64,000 bases of DNA from Alphaproteobacteria bacterium (GTDB lineage: Bacteria > Pseudomonadota > Alphaproteobacteria > UBA6615): NCBI GenBank assembly GCA_965261975.1, contig CBDHEC010000046.1:1-64000 (forward strand), read 5' to 3'. The notes under the pieces were generated by a model, which saw nothing but the letters and a program-made list of their open reading frames with translations, was not told the origin of the DNA and did no database searches. The translations under genes and the position numbers were made by a program. Within the stretch, counting starts at the first letter, position 1. Each line of letters opens with the position of its first letter. This document shows positions 9,600 to 18,395 of this stretch, piece after piece.

Positions 9600-9680
9600 A
9601 TGTTCAAATTTCTCTGCCGCATGGGCCAGAAAATCTACGAAAGCCGCAGTCCCTCACAGTGGACCCGTGACGCGGACTAA
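9600..9680 (+). CDS. Putative 26-aa small protein MFKFLCRMGQKIYESRSPSQWTRDAD (or dual-function sRNA)
   Basis: AAGGAG RBS, own promoter candidate and downstream terminator. Confidence 0.55.
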   Translation: MFKFLCRMGQKIYESRSPSQWTRDAD

Positions 9681-9706
9681 CAGCCCGCAAAAATCCAGAC
9701 TTCCCG

Positions 9707-9734
9707 ACGCCCGGCCAGATGGCCGGGCGTTTTC
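9707..9734 (+). terminator. Rho-independent terminator
   Basis: ACGCCCGGCC-agat-GGCCGGGCGT perfect 10-bp stem followed by a T run. Confidence 0.7.
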
Positions 9735-9745
9735 GTTACCGGCAC

Positions 9746-10759
9746 TCAGTCGTCAGACGCCAGAATCTCCGCGACCGTCACGTGGCGGCCCTCGGCGACG
9801 GACTTGATGCCCGCCTTGACCACCGCCAGCGAGGTCATCGCACTTTCGCCGCCGACCTCGGGTTCCACGTCGCTCGAAATGGCGTCGGCCCACTCGATCA
9901 GCTGCTCGGCGATGGCGTCGTTCTTCTCGACCGCAACCGGTGTCTGGCCCTTGTCCCCCTGGTTGAGCGAGCGCAGCCCGTCGAACAGGTTGTAGTAGGC
10001 GCTCATCTTCTTGCCGTAGATGTTCATCACATAATATTCCGACGCCGAGGCATAGCTGGTCGACAATGTCGACACGGCCCCGTTCTCATGCTGCATCAGG
10101 AGCGATCCCACATCCGGGTTGTCTCCCGGCAGCACCAGCTGGGAGGCCATGCCCGAGACGCTCTCGATGGGGCCCAGAAGCATGGTCAGTACATCCACAT
10201 AGTGCAGCCCGATCTGCAGCATCACGCCACCGGGCATGCCCTCGGCGGTATAGCGCCAGTGCCCGAGCTCGAACTGGCCGGCCCGGTCGCGGCTGATATT
10301 GGCCTCGGCCTGCACCAGGGTGCCGAACTCACCGGCATTGATCTTGTCCTGGATCCAGCGGAAGTGGCTCTCGCGCCGTCGCTGGTAGCCGACCGACAGG
10401 ACCACGCCCGCATCGGCGCAGACCTTCGTGATCTGGCGCGCCTCGCCGATGGTGTTGGCCACCGGCTTGTCGAGGAACACGTGCTTGCCCGCCGCAGCCG
10501 CCGCGGCCGTCGTCTCCAGATGCACATGGTTGGGCGTGGTATTGATGATCGCGTCGATGGAATCGTCGTTCAGGATTTCATCGAGCGTCGCCGCCGACCC
10601 GCAATTGTATTTCTCGGCGAAGGCCTGGCGCTTGTCTTCCGAGCGGGTGAAACAGGAAACGACCTCGACGCGGCCGTCCGTGCGACCGGCCGCATCGGCC
10701 AGAACATCGGACCACCAGCCCAATCCGACGGATGCAACGCGAAGCGGTGATGTACTCAT
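9746..10759 (-). CDS. Gfo/Idh/MocA family oxidoreductase
   Basis: VGLGWW, TTPNHVH, AGKHVFLDKP, VGYQRR. Confidence 0.9.
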   Translation of the reverse strand: MSTSPLRVASVGLGWWSDVLADAAGRTDGRVEVVSCFTRSEDKRQAFAEKYNCGSAATLDEILNDDSIDAIINTTPNHVHLETTAAAAAAGKHVFLDKPVANTIGEARQITKVCADAGVVLSVGYQRRRESHFRWIQDKINAGEFGTLVQAEANISRDRAGQFELGHWRYTAEGMPGGVMLQIGLHYVDVLTMLLGPIESVSGMASQLVLPGDNPDVGSLLMQHENGAVSTLSTSYASASEYYVMNIYGKKMSAYYNLFDGLRSLNQGDKGQTPVAVEKNDAIAEQLIEWADAISSDVEPEVGGESAMTSLAVVKAGIKSVAEGRHVTVAEILASDD

Positions 10760-12264
10760 GATGAACTCTCCTTGGGGGATGAGGGCGCAGACATGCGTCG
10801 GCGCCGGGCCGCACGCAGCGACCAAAGGATGGAAAGGGCCGACAGGCTGAGGAAGGCCAGGCTGATCGGCGACGAGAAGAAGATGGAGATGTCGCCCTGG
10901 GACGAGGTCAGTGCCACGCGAAGGTTCTCCTCCAGCGGCACGCCAAGCACCAGCGCAAGGAGCAACGGCACCACGGGCATGTCGAGCCAGCGCATGGCCA
11001 GCCCGACGAAACCGAAGAACAGCATCACATAGACATCGAAGAAATTGTTGCGCAGCGCGAAGGCGCCAATCACGCACAGCACCGCGACGGTCGGCATCAG
11101 CAGCGCGCGTGGCGTGGCCAGCAATTTCACCAGCACCCGCAGCGCCGTCAGCGCGATGATGAAATTGAAGATGTTCGCCCAGAAGAACGAGAAGATCAGA
11201 CCGAAGGCGAAGTCGCCGCGCTCGGTGAACATCAGGGGCCCCGGCGCCAGCCCGTGGATGATCAGCGCACCGATCAGGATCGCCGTCACCGGGTCGCCGG
11301 GAATGCCCAGGGTCATCATGGGGATCAACGCCCCGCCGGTGACCGCATTATTCGCCGATTCCGGCGCGGCAACACCCTCGACCGCGCCCTTGCCGAACTC
11401 CTCCCGGCGCTTCGAAATGCGCTGGGTGTAGTCGTAGCTGATGAACGCCGCGATGGGCCCGCCCGCGCCCGGCAGAATGCCGAGGAAGGCGCCGGTCAGC
11501 GACCCGATCGTGACGGGCATGCGGATCGCGCGCAGATCCGCCAGCCGCGGCAGAACCGATTTCAGTTTGGTCTGGATCCGCGCCGCACTCTCGGTGTCCG
11601 CAAGGTTGCTCACAAGCTGCGGGATCGCGAACAGGCCGATCATGGCGGTCAGGAAATGCACGCCGCCGATCAGGTTCACCTGGCCGAAGGTAAAGCGCTG
11701 GGACCCCATCACCGGGTCCTGCCCGATGGTGACGATCGCCAGCCCGATCACGCCCGACAGCAACCCCTTCACGAGGGACTGGGCCGCGAAACTGCAGATG
11801 ATCGTGATGCCGAAGAACACAAGCGCAAACATGTCTTCCGTGCGGAAACTCAGCGCGACGTCGGCGAGCAGCGGCGCGATGAACAGCAGGCACAGGAAAC
11901 TGACCATGCCGCCGATGAAGCTCGCGGTGATGGCGATCCCCAGCGCCCGGCCGGCCTCGCCGCGCGCCGACATCGGGTAACCGTCGAGCGCGGTGGCTGA
12001 GGCCGATGGCGTGCCGGGAATATTGAGCAGGACGGCGGAGAAACTCCCGCCGGTCATCCCGCCGACATACAGGCCCAGCAGGAGGGCGATGGAGATGTCC
12101 GCCGGCAGGACGAACGTCACCGGCAGCAGGATGATGATGCCGGTGCTGATCGTCATGCCCGGGATCATGCCGACCGTCAGGCCGATGAAAACGCCCAGTG
12201 CCGTCGCCAGCAGAACGAGGAAGCCCGACGCCTGGGCGATGCCGGCGAAAACATCCGGGCTCAT
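10756..12264 (-). CDS. tctA: Tripartite tricarboxylate transporter large permease TctA
   Basis: LLNIPGTPSASATALDGYPM, APESANNA, TLGIPGD. Confidence 0.93.
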   Translation of the reverse strand: MSPDVFAGIAQASGFLVLLATALGVFIGLTVGMIPGMTISTGIIILLPVTFVLPADISIALLLGLYVGGMTGGSFSAVLLNIPGTPSASATALDGYPMSARGEAGRALGIAITASFIGGMVSFLCLLFIAPLLADVALSFRTEDMFALVFFGITIICSFAAQSLVKGLLSGVIGLAIVTIGQDPVMGSQRFTFGQVNLIGGVHFLTAMIGLFAIPQLVSNLADTESAARIQTKLKSVLPRLADLRAIRMPVTIGSLTGAFLGILPGAGGPIAAFISYDYTQRISKRREEFGKGAVEGVAAPESANNAVTGGALIPMMTLGIPGDPVTAILIGALIIHGLAPGPLMFTERGDFAFGLIFSFFWANIFNFIIALTALRVLVKLLATPRALLMPTVAVLCVIGAFALRNNFFDVYVMLFFGFVGLAMRWLDMPVVPLLLALVLGVPLEENLRVALTSSQGDISIFFSSPISLAFLSLSALSILWSLRAARRRRMSAPSSPKESSS

Positions 12265-12719
12265 GCCACGATCCCCTTCAGCACGCCCGTGGGCAGAAAC
12301 ACGCCGAAGCCGTGGCGGAACAACAGATAAAGCACACCCGTCACGACGATGGCCCCGCCCGCGACGCGCAGCGCGCGCGTCTCACCGAACAGGACCATAA
12401 GCGCCGCGAAGAAGGGCGCGGTCGCCAGGATAAAGCCGAGGCCGGGCAGAATGGCGAGGTAGACGATAAACACACCCAGCGCCCAGATCGCCCGCTGGCG
12501 GCCCTCCGTTTTCGCGGGCGCAGGCTCGTCCGCGCCCCGCAACCCCTGCACCAGCAAGAGGGCCGACAGGGCGAGAATCACGATCGTGTTGATCCAGGGG
12601 AAGAATGGCGGCCCCGGCGTATCGGGAAGGCTGCGCACGGGCAGTTGCGACGTGAGCACCCCATAGCCCGCGCCGAGCGCGAGCAGGACCAGTGCAGCAA
12701 TCAGGTTACGACGGCGCAT
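12261..12719 (-). CDS. tctB: Tripartite tricarboxylate transporter small permease TctB
   Basis: PGPPFFP motif, 4-5 TM segments, LP.G C-terminus, lies between tctC and tctA. Confidence 0.88.
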   Translation of the reverse strand: MRRRNLIAALVLLALGAGYGVLTSQLPVRSLPDTPGPPFFPWINTIVILALSALLLVQGLRGADEPAPAKTEGRQRAIWALGVFIVYLAILPGLGFILATAPFFAALMVLFGETRALRVAGGAIVVTGVLYLLFRHGFGVFLPTGVLKGIVA

Positions 12720-12776
12720 GACACCCGCAAGAAATGGACTGAAACCGCCCGGTCAGCACCGGGCAGAAAAGGCGAA

Positions 12777-12812
12777 GGGCCCGCCCGGAAGACTGTCTCC
12801 CGGCGCGGGCCC
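12777..12812 (-). terminator. Intergenic stem-loop after tctC (mRNA stabiliser or attenuator)
   Basis: GGGCCCGC-CCGG...CCGG-C-GCGGGCCC inverted repeat. Confidence 0.45.
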
Positions 12813-12824
12813 AATGCGTTTTAC

Positions 12825-13784
12825 TTAGTTGGTCTTCAGAAGACCGGCGCTCGCGAAGATCGTTTTCACCTTCGCGTTCTCGTCGGCGAGCAGGACCTCG
12901 AAGTCCTCATGGCCCAGCGGCGCCACCGTGAACCCCTTGGCCTTGGCGAGCTTCTGGAACTCCGGCGAGTTGGCCGCCTTGGCCATCGCGTCGGCCAGCT
13001 TCGACTTCACATCGTCGGGCGTGTTCGGCGCCACGGACAGGCCGCGGAACAGGTCCAGCGATACGTCATAGCCCGCCTCCTTGGCGGTCGGCACATCCGG
13101 GAAGACCGGGCTGCGTTCGGCCGTCGGCATCACCAGGATCTTCAGCTTGCCGGCGTTGGTCAGGTTCACGGCACCGGTCAACGGCGCGATCATCGCGTCG
13201 GCCTCGCCGTTCAGGACCGACTTGTTGCGGCCCTTGATGCCCTTGGGCAGATGCACCACCTTGCAGCCGGCCGCATCCATGAGCTGGATGGCCGCGGCAT
13301 GGGTGGCGCTGCCGGTGCCGGAGTTGGCAACCTTCAGGGTGCTCGGCGCGGCCTTACAGTCGGCGACGAACTCGGCGAAGCTGTTCCACTTGGCATCGGC
13401 CTTCACCACGAACGGCTGGGGCTGGAACTCGACCCGGCCCACATGGTCCATCGCGTCATAGGCAAACTCCGTGTTGCCGAGATTTGTCGTGGTCAGCACG
13501 GATGTGGAGTTCCAACCCACAGTGTGGCCGTCGGGCTTGGAGTTCTTGATGTAGGTGTAGGTCACAGCACCGCCGCCGCCGGGGCGGTTCACCGGCGTCA
13601 CCGGAACACCCAGGATGGCACTCATTTCCTTGGCGAGAAGCCGGCCCTCGATATCGGCACCGCCGCCGGCGCCGAAGGGAATGACGAACTCGATCGGGCC
13701 GTCGGGGAAAGCCTGCGCGGGCGTCGCCGCTAAGGCAAGGCCGACCGCCGCAGCGCCGACCATCATTGTATGGAACATGTTCAT
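12825..13784 (-). CDS. tctC: Tripartite tricarboxylate transporter substrate-binding protein TctC/Bug
   Basis: Signal peptide, PFGAGGGAD, NRPGGGG, KPDGHT, PDVPT..E.G. Confidence 0.92.
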   Translation of the reverse strand: MNMFHTMMVGAAAVGLALAATPAQAFPDGPIEFVIPFGAGGGADIEGRLLAKEMSAILGVPVTPVNRPGGGGAVTYTYIKNSKPDGHTVGWNSTSVLTTTNLGNTEFAYDAMDHVGRVEFQPQPFVVKADAKWNSFAEFVADCKAAPSTLKVANSGTGSATHAAAIQLMDAAGCKVVHLPKGIKGRNKSVLNGEADAMIAPLTGAVNLTNAGKLKILVMPTAERSPVFPDVPTAKEAGYDVSLDLFRGLSVAPNTPDDVKSKLADAMAKAANSPEFQKLAKAKGFTVAPLGHEDFEVLLADENAKVKTIFASAGLLKTN

Positions 13785-13823
13785 GTTGGAATCCTCCCAG
13801 ATTCTATGTGTGTGGTTGGTTGT

Positions 13824-14261
13824 TTAACTTGAGATGCCGACCGCCTCGAGAGCGGCCGCGGCAATGTCTGCGTCCTGCTGCCAGTCGCCGCCACTCACGC
13901 CGATGCCGCCGAGGCATTCGCCATCGAGGATAATGGGATAGCCGCCTTCCATGGCCGTCCAGCGCTCGGGCCCGGCGGCCAGTGTCAAACCGATGGCGTG
14001 CAGCGTGTCGAGGTCCTGGCCCTGTGCACCCTGGGTCGTCGTGATCCGCTTGTTGGACGACGCGGTGACGGCCTTGGTGGTCGAAGAGTGCACGGTGTGG
14101 AACCGGCCACCGTCCATGCGCTCCAGCATCATCGGATGTCCGCCGGCATCGACGACGACGACCGTCGCCGCGATTCCGAATTCCTCGGCCTTGGCGATGG
14201 CGGCAGCCACCATCAGTTTTGCGCCCGCACTGGTCAGGCGCTTGGTATCTGCAAATGACAT
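13824..14261 (-). CDS. GlcG/HbpS family heme-binding protein
   Basis: VVVDAGGH..RMDG, KAVTA, GGYPI..G..LGGIGVSGG. Confidence 0.88.
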   Translation of the reverse strand: MSFADTKRLTSAGAKLMVAAAIAKAEEFGIAATVVVVDAGGHPMMLERMDGGRFHTVHSSTTKAVTASSNKRITTTQGAQGQDLDTLHAIGLTLAAGPERWTAMEGGYPIILDGECLGGIGVSGGDWQQDADIAAAALEAVGISS

Positions 14262-14464
14262 TTTGTTCGTCCTCCCAGACGACGCGCCCTTGAGATGGCG
14301 CATTCATTTCTGGCCGATAGTTATACGTGATTGCTTGGGTCTGACGGCCAGACAGCGAACACCGTAGGGGGTCCGGTCACGATCGGGCAAGGGCCGTAAT
14401 CCGAAATAATTTCGTTCCGCTTGTTCATATGTGACGCGGCCAGAAATCACACGCCAACGACGCC

Positions 14465-15214
14465 CTACTGAGAGGCCGTGTGGGTCTGGATGAATCTGCG
14501 TACGCGCTCGATCGTGCGTTCCTTCAGCTCGGGCGGTTCAGACCACGGAAAGACCGTGATCTCGGCATTCGGCGCCAATGAGGCCACATCAATCGATGTT
14601 TGCAGCGGGTGGGCCGGCACATCGTCCGGCAGCACGAGGATCGGCGTCGCGCAGTCGCGCATGAAATCCCGCGACACACTGTAGAGAAAGTCCGGGTTCA
14701 CCCGGTACAGGGCGTGCAGGTATGCGTCGATCATGTCCTGGTCCAGGTCCGGCCGGCGGGCAAGGAAGTCCTCGACCCAACCATCCTGCCCGTGCCGGTA
14801 CATGACATCGGGATCGTCCGGCCGATGGCCGACACTCTGGCAGAACACCGCCGCCACCACCCGCTCGGGCGCGCGTTTGAGCAGCGACCCTGCGAAGCAG
14901 CCACCGATGCAGTAGCCCATATAGGCGAATTCGCGGATGCCCAGATGGTCCATCAGGCCAAGCTGATCGTCGGCGAAGGCGCCCCAGGGGTCGTCGGTGT
15001 CGAGAGGCCCCGTGCTCTCGCCGCCATTGGCGTTTCGCTGATCCATCGTGATGCAGTGCAAATCGTCCTTGAAGGCGTCCACCGCGTTGAAGACCGCGGT
15101 CGGCCAGTTCTCGACCCGCGAGTTGAGACCGCCGCCCGGCGTGACCAGAAGCGGGAAGCCACTCCCGGCCTCCTCGTAACGGATACGCACGTCGCCTTTC
15201 TCGTAAAACGGCAT
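14465..15214 (-). CDS. Alpha/beta hydrolase with Cys nucleophile
   Basis: YEEAGSGFPLL, MDQRNANGG, GYCIGG, D..H near the C-terminus. Confidence 0.85.
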   Translation of the reverse strand: MPFYEKGDVRIRYEEAGSGFPLLVTPGGGLNSRVENWPTAVFNAVDAFKDDLHCITMDQRNANGGESTGPLDTDDPWGAFADDQLGLMDHLGIREFAYMGYCIGGCFAGSLLKRAPERVVAAVFCQSVGHRPDDPDVMYRHGQDGWVEDFLARRPDLDQDMIDAYLHALYRVNPDFLYSVSRDFMRDCATPILVLPDDVPAHPLQTSIDVASLAPNAEITVFPWSEPPELKERTIERVRRFIQTHTASQ

Positions 15215-15314
15215 GGCTGCCTCCTTCACAATTGAAAAATGGTGCCGAACTCGGTTCGGGCCTGGCAGCGTAGGGCGCCTGCTAACCGACAGGCAAGCGC
15301 CCGCGCGGGCATAC

Positions 15315-15349
15315 AAAAAGGGCCCGGCGGTGTTCCGGCCGGGCCCTTT
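15315..15349 (-). terminator. Rho-independent terminator after tRNA-Gly
   Basis: AAAGGGCCCGGC...GCCGGGCCCTTTTT. Confidence 0.8.
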
Positions 15350-15355
15350 GAGAAT

Positions 15356-15430
15356 TGGAGCGGGAAACGAGATTCGAACTCGCGACCCTCACGTTGGCAA
15401 CGTGATGCTCTACCACTGAGCTATTCCCGC
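15356..15430 (-). tRNA. tRNA-Gly(GCC)
   Basis: GCGGGAATAGCTCAGTGGTAGAGC..TT-GCC-AA..GTTCGAATC..TCCCGCTCCA cloverleaf with encoded CCA. Confidence 0.97.
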
Positions 15431-15562
15431 ATCGAGTTGCCGGACATAACCGCAACCGGCCCTCGATTTCAAGTGCCGATCAACCGGAATCGTTCGATTC
15501 CGTTACTTCAGCCAAATCCCCTCAGCTATTCAGGTCATGACAAACCAGCTATATCGCCCCCT

Positions 15563-16066
15563 ATGAACGACGCCCACGATATCGAAGCACCGCTGCTCGC
15601 GCGCCTGGACAGGCTGAACATCCATGTGGAGATCCACCGGCACCCCCCCCTCCACACCGTGGAAGAATCCCGTGAGCTGCGCGGGGCCCTGCCCGGCGGT
15701 CATATCAAGAACCTGTTTCTGCACGACAAGAAACGCAACCAGTGGTTGGTCACGGTGCTCGAAGACGCCACCGTCGACCTCAAGGCGCTACGCCACACCC
15801 TCGGCGCCAGCGGCAATCTGAGCTTTGGCAGCGCCGACCTGCTGTCCGCGTCGCTCGGCGTGGCGCCCGGCTCCGTCACCCCGTTCGCGGTGATGAACGA
15901 CCCCGACGGCATCGTCTCATTCGTGCTCGATCGCGCCATTCTCGATCATGACCCGATCAATGCCCATCCGCTGCACAACGAGGCCACGGCCGCCATCGGA
16001 CGCGAGGATTTGCTGCACTTTCTGGCCGACTGCGAACACCCGCCGGAACTGATCGACCTCGATTAG
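15563..16066 (+). CDS. YbaK/ProX aminoacyl-tRNA editing protein (ProXp-ala-like)
   Basis: HPPLHTVEES, KNLFL.DKK, LSFGS, LGV.PGSVTPF, HPL.N. Confidence 0.9.
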   Translation: MNDAHDIEAPLLARLDRLNIHVEIHRHPPLHTVEESRELRGALPGGHIKNLFLHDKKRNQWLVTVLEDATVDLKALRHTLGASGNLSFGSADLLSASLGVAPGSVTPFAVMNDPDGIVSFVLDRAILDHDPINAHPLHNEATAAIGREDLLHFLADCEHPPELIDLD

Positions 16067-16100
16067 GCGTCCCAAACCACCCGCCAGGGTGCACTGGGGG

Positions 16101-16129
16101 CTTGATAGCCGGGCAGTGAGGCTCCATCT
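16101..16129 (+). promoter_or_regulatory. Putative sigma-32 promoter of the cnoX operon
   Basis: CTTG-N17-CTCCATCT upstream of a known heat-shock gene family. Confidence 0.55.
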
Positions 16130-16173
16130 TCTGCCTCGCACGCACAAAAACACGAACAAGACAGAGTTTCACG

Positions 16174-17118
16174 ATGGACCCGATCCAGATCGACCCCACA
16201 GCAGCAGGTGCGGCACCGGCCGAGGCCTCCGCCGTCATCATCGATGCCGACCAGAACAGCTTCGTGCGCGATGTGATCCAGGCGTCGCGCGAGTATCCTG
16301 TCATTGTCGATTTCTGGGCGACCTGGTGCGGGCCCTGCAAACAGCTTACGCCGCTGCTTGAGAAAGTCGTCATGGAGGCCGGCGGTGCGGTGCGCCTCGT
16401 CAAAGTGGACGTCGACAAGGCCCCCGACATTTCCGCCCAGTTGCAGATCAAGTCCATCCCGACCGTCTATGCGTTCCGCGACGGCCAACCGGTGGACGGT
16501 TTCCAGGGCGCGTTGCCCGAAAGCCAGATCAAGGCCTGGGTCGACCAGCTCGTGAAGGTCCATGGCGGGGCCGGGGCCGCCGGCCCGTCGCCGCTCGACG
16601 AGGCGCTTGATGCCGCCGACGCCGCGATGGAAGGCGGCGATATCAGCAGCGCCGGCGCACTCTATGCGCAGGTTTTGAATCAGGAGCCCGAAAATCTGCG
16701 GGCCCTGTCGGGCATGGCGCGCGCCTACGTAAAAGGCGGCGCGATCGACAAGGCCCGCGCGCTAATCGACGACGCCAGCGACGAGGCCCGCGCGAGCGAA
16801 GACCTCAAGGGCGTGATTTCCGCGGTCGAACTGGCGGAGGCCGGCGCGGCCAATGCGGGCGAAATCGACGGGTTGAAAGCGAAGGTCGAAGCCGATCCGG
16901 CAGACCATCAGGCGCGGTTCGATTACGCGGTCGCGGCGTTTGCCGCCGGCGACCCCGAGGGTGCCATCGACGCGCTGCTGGAAATCATTCGCCAGAGCCG
17001 CGAGTGGAACGAAGAGGCCGCGCGGACCGAGTTGCTGAAGATTTTCGACGCGCTGGGCCCGACCGAAGAGGCCACGATCGCCGGCCGGCGCAAACTCTCT
17101 TCCATTCTGTTTTCGTGA
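16174..17118 (+). CDS. cnoX: Thioredoxin-TPR chaperedoxin CnoX/YbbN
   Basis: DFWATWCGPCK plus TPR C-terminus ending RRKLSSILFS. Confidence 0.93.
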   Translation: MDPIQIDPTAAGAAPAEASAVIIDADQNSFVRDVIQASREYPVIVDFWATWCGPCKQLTPLLEKVVMEAGGAVRLVKVDVDKAPDISAQLQIKSIPTVYAFRDGQPVDGFQGALPESQIKAWVDQLVKVHGGAGAAGPSPLDEALDAADAAMEGGDISSAGALYAQVLNQEPENLRALSGMARAYVKGGAIDKARALIDDASDEARASEDLKGVISAVELAEAGAANAGEIDGLKAKVEADPADHQARFDYAVAAFAAGDPEGAIDALLEIIRQSREWNEEAARTELLKIFDALGPTEEATIAGRRKLSSILFS

Positions 17119-17128
17119 GCCTCGCCGC

Positions 17129-17806
17129 ATGAATACATCTGCGCCGGACTCACCGCTTCACGCGCTCCCCGGTGATTTGCCGCTCTTCCCGCTGAACGGC
17201 ATCCTGTTGCTGCCGCGCGGCACCCTGCCACTCAACGTGTTCGAGCCACGCTATCTGGCAATGGTCGACGCGGCGCTCGAGGGTGGACGCATGATCGGGA
17301 TCATCCAGCCCGCCGCCGATGGCACCGTGGGCCTGTCCGCGCCGGACGGCACCAATCTCTACCGGACGGGCTGTGCGGGCCGGATCACCGGGTTCCAGGA
17401 AACCGAGGACGGACGGTACCTGATTGAACTGCGCGGCATCTGCCGCTTCGATGTCGCCGAAGAGCTCGAGTTGCGCGACGGCTACCGACGGGTGCGGCCC
17501 GACTTCACCCCCTATCACCAGGACCTCTCGCCCGCCGAAGAACTGCCGATCGAGCGGGAACGGCTACTCAACGGCCTCAAGGGCTATTTCGAGCAACAGA
17601 GTATCGGGGCCGACTGGGACTCTCTGGTGAAAACCCCCGATGAGCGGTTGGTGACGACCCTGTCCATGGTCTGCCCGTTCGACCCGGCCGAAAAGCAGGT
17701 GCTGCTCGAGGCCGAAGACCTGGCGCAACGATGCAAGCTGTTGATCGGTTTCGTCGAATCCGCCTTGCGCGCCGACAATGACAACGGCAACACTGCGCTG
17801 AACTGA
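17129..17806 (+). CDS. LON peptidase substrate-binding domain protein
   Basis: LPLFPL..LLLP...LPLNVFEPRYLAMV, GCAGRI, EKQ.LLEA. Confidence 0.9.
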   Translation: MNTSAPDSPLHALPGDLPLFPLNGILLLPRGTLPLNVFEPRYLAMVDAALEGGRMIGIIQPAADGTVGLSAPDGTNLYRTGCAGRITGFQETEDGRYLIELRGICRFDVAEELELRDGYRRVRPDFTPYHQDLSPAEELPIERERLLNGLKGYFEQQSIGADWDSLVKTPDERLVTTLSMVCPFDPAEKQVLLEAEDLAQRCKLLIGFVESALRADNDNGNTALN

Positions 17807-17815
17807 GGAACCGTC

Positions 17816-18004
17816 ATGAACGACACCACCAAGGTCGACCCCAAGCTGCTCGAGATTCTCGTCTGCCCCGTCACCAAGGGGCCGCTTGAATATGACGCGG
17901 CGGGGCAGGAATTGATCAGCAAGCAGGCCGGCCTCGCCTATCCGATCCGCGACGGCATCCCGATCATGCTGGCCGACGAGGCCCGCCAGATCGACGCCGG
18001 CTAA
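17816..18004 (+). CDS. Trm112/YcaR (UPF0434) family protein
   Basis: [26 protein letters not shown]. Confidence 0.92.
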   Translation: MNDTTKVDPKLLEILVCPVTKGPLEYDAAGQELISKQAGLAYPIRDGIPIMLADEARQIDAG

Positions 18005-18020
18005 CTCAGGCACGCTTGTT

Positions 18021-18380
18021 TTGAGCGATCCCTGGCCGACGGACCTTCGCTACAGCAAGGACGCCAAGACCCTGACTGTCGTTTTCGACGACGGGGTCGA
18101 GCACGCGCTTCCGGCTGAGTATATGCGGGTCTACAGCCCTTCGGCGGAAGTGCGCGGCCACGGCGCCGACGAACGCCAGATCGTGCCGGGCCGCCGCCAT
18201 GTCGGGATCATGAAAATTGAACCCGTCGGCAATTACGCGGTGCGCATCCATTTCGACGATCTGCACGACACCGGCCTGTTCACCTGGGCCTACCTGCGCG
18301 AGCTTGGTGACAAGCACGCCGAGTGGTGGGCGCAGTATCTGGCGGACCTGGAGTCGCGTGGCCTCAGCCGCGACCCCTGA
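18021..18380 (+). CDS. DUF971 / GBBH-like N-terminal domain protein
   Basis: EYMRVYSPSAEVRGHG, PVGNYAVRIHFDDLHDTGLFTW. Confidence 0.9.
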   Translation: MSDPWPTDLRYSKDAKTLTVVFDDGVEHALPAEYMRVYSPSAEVRGHGADERQIVPGRRHVGIMKIEPVGNYAVRIHFDDLHDTGLFTWAYLRELGDKHAEWWAQYLADLESRGLSRDP

Positions 18381-18395
18381 TCTTGTTGGCGGGTG

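Noticed and set aside
1-15430. Genomic island integrated at the tRNA-Gly 3' end
   Set aside because: No integrase and no duplicated tRNA 3' end seen; the tRNA terminator is intact and GC is similar to the core.
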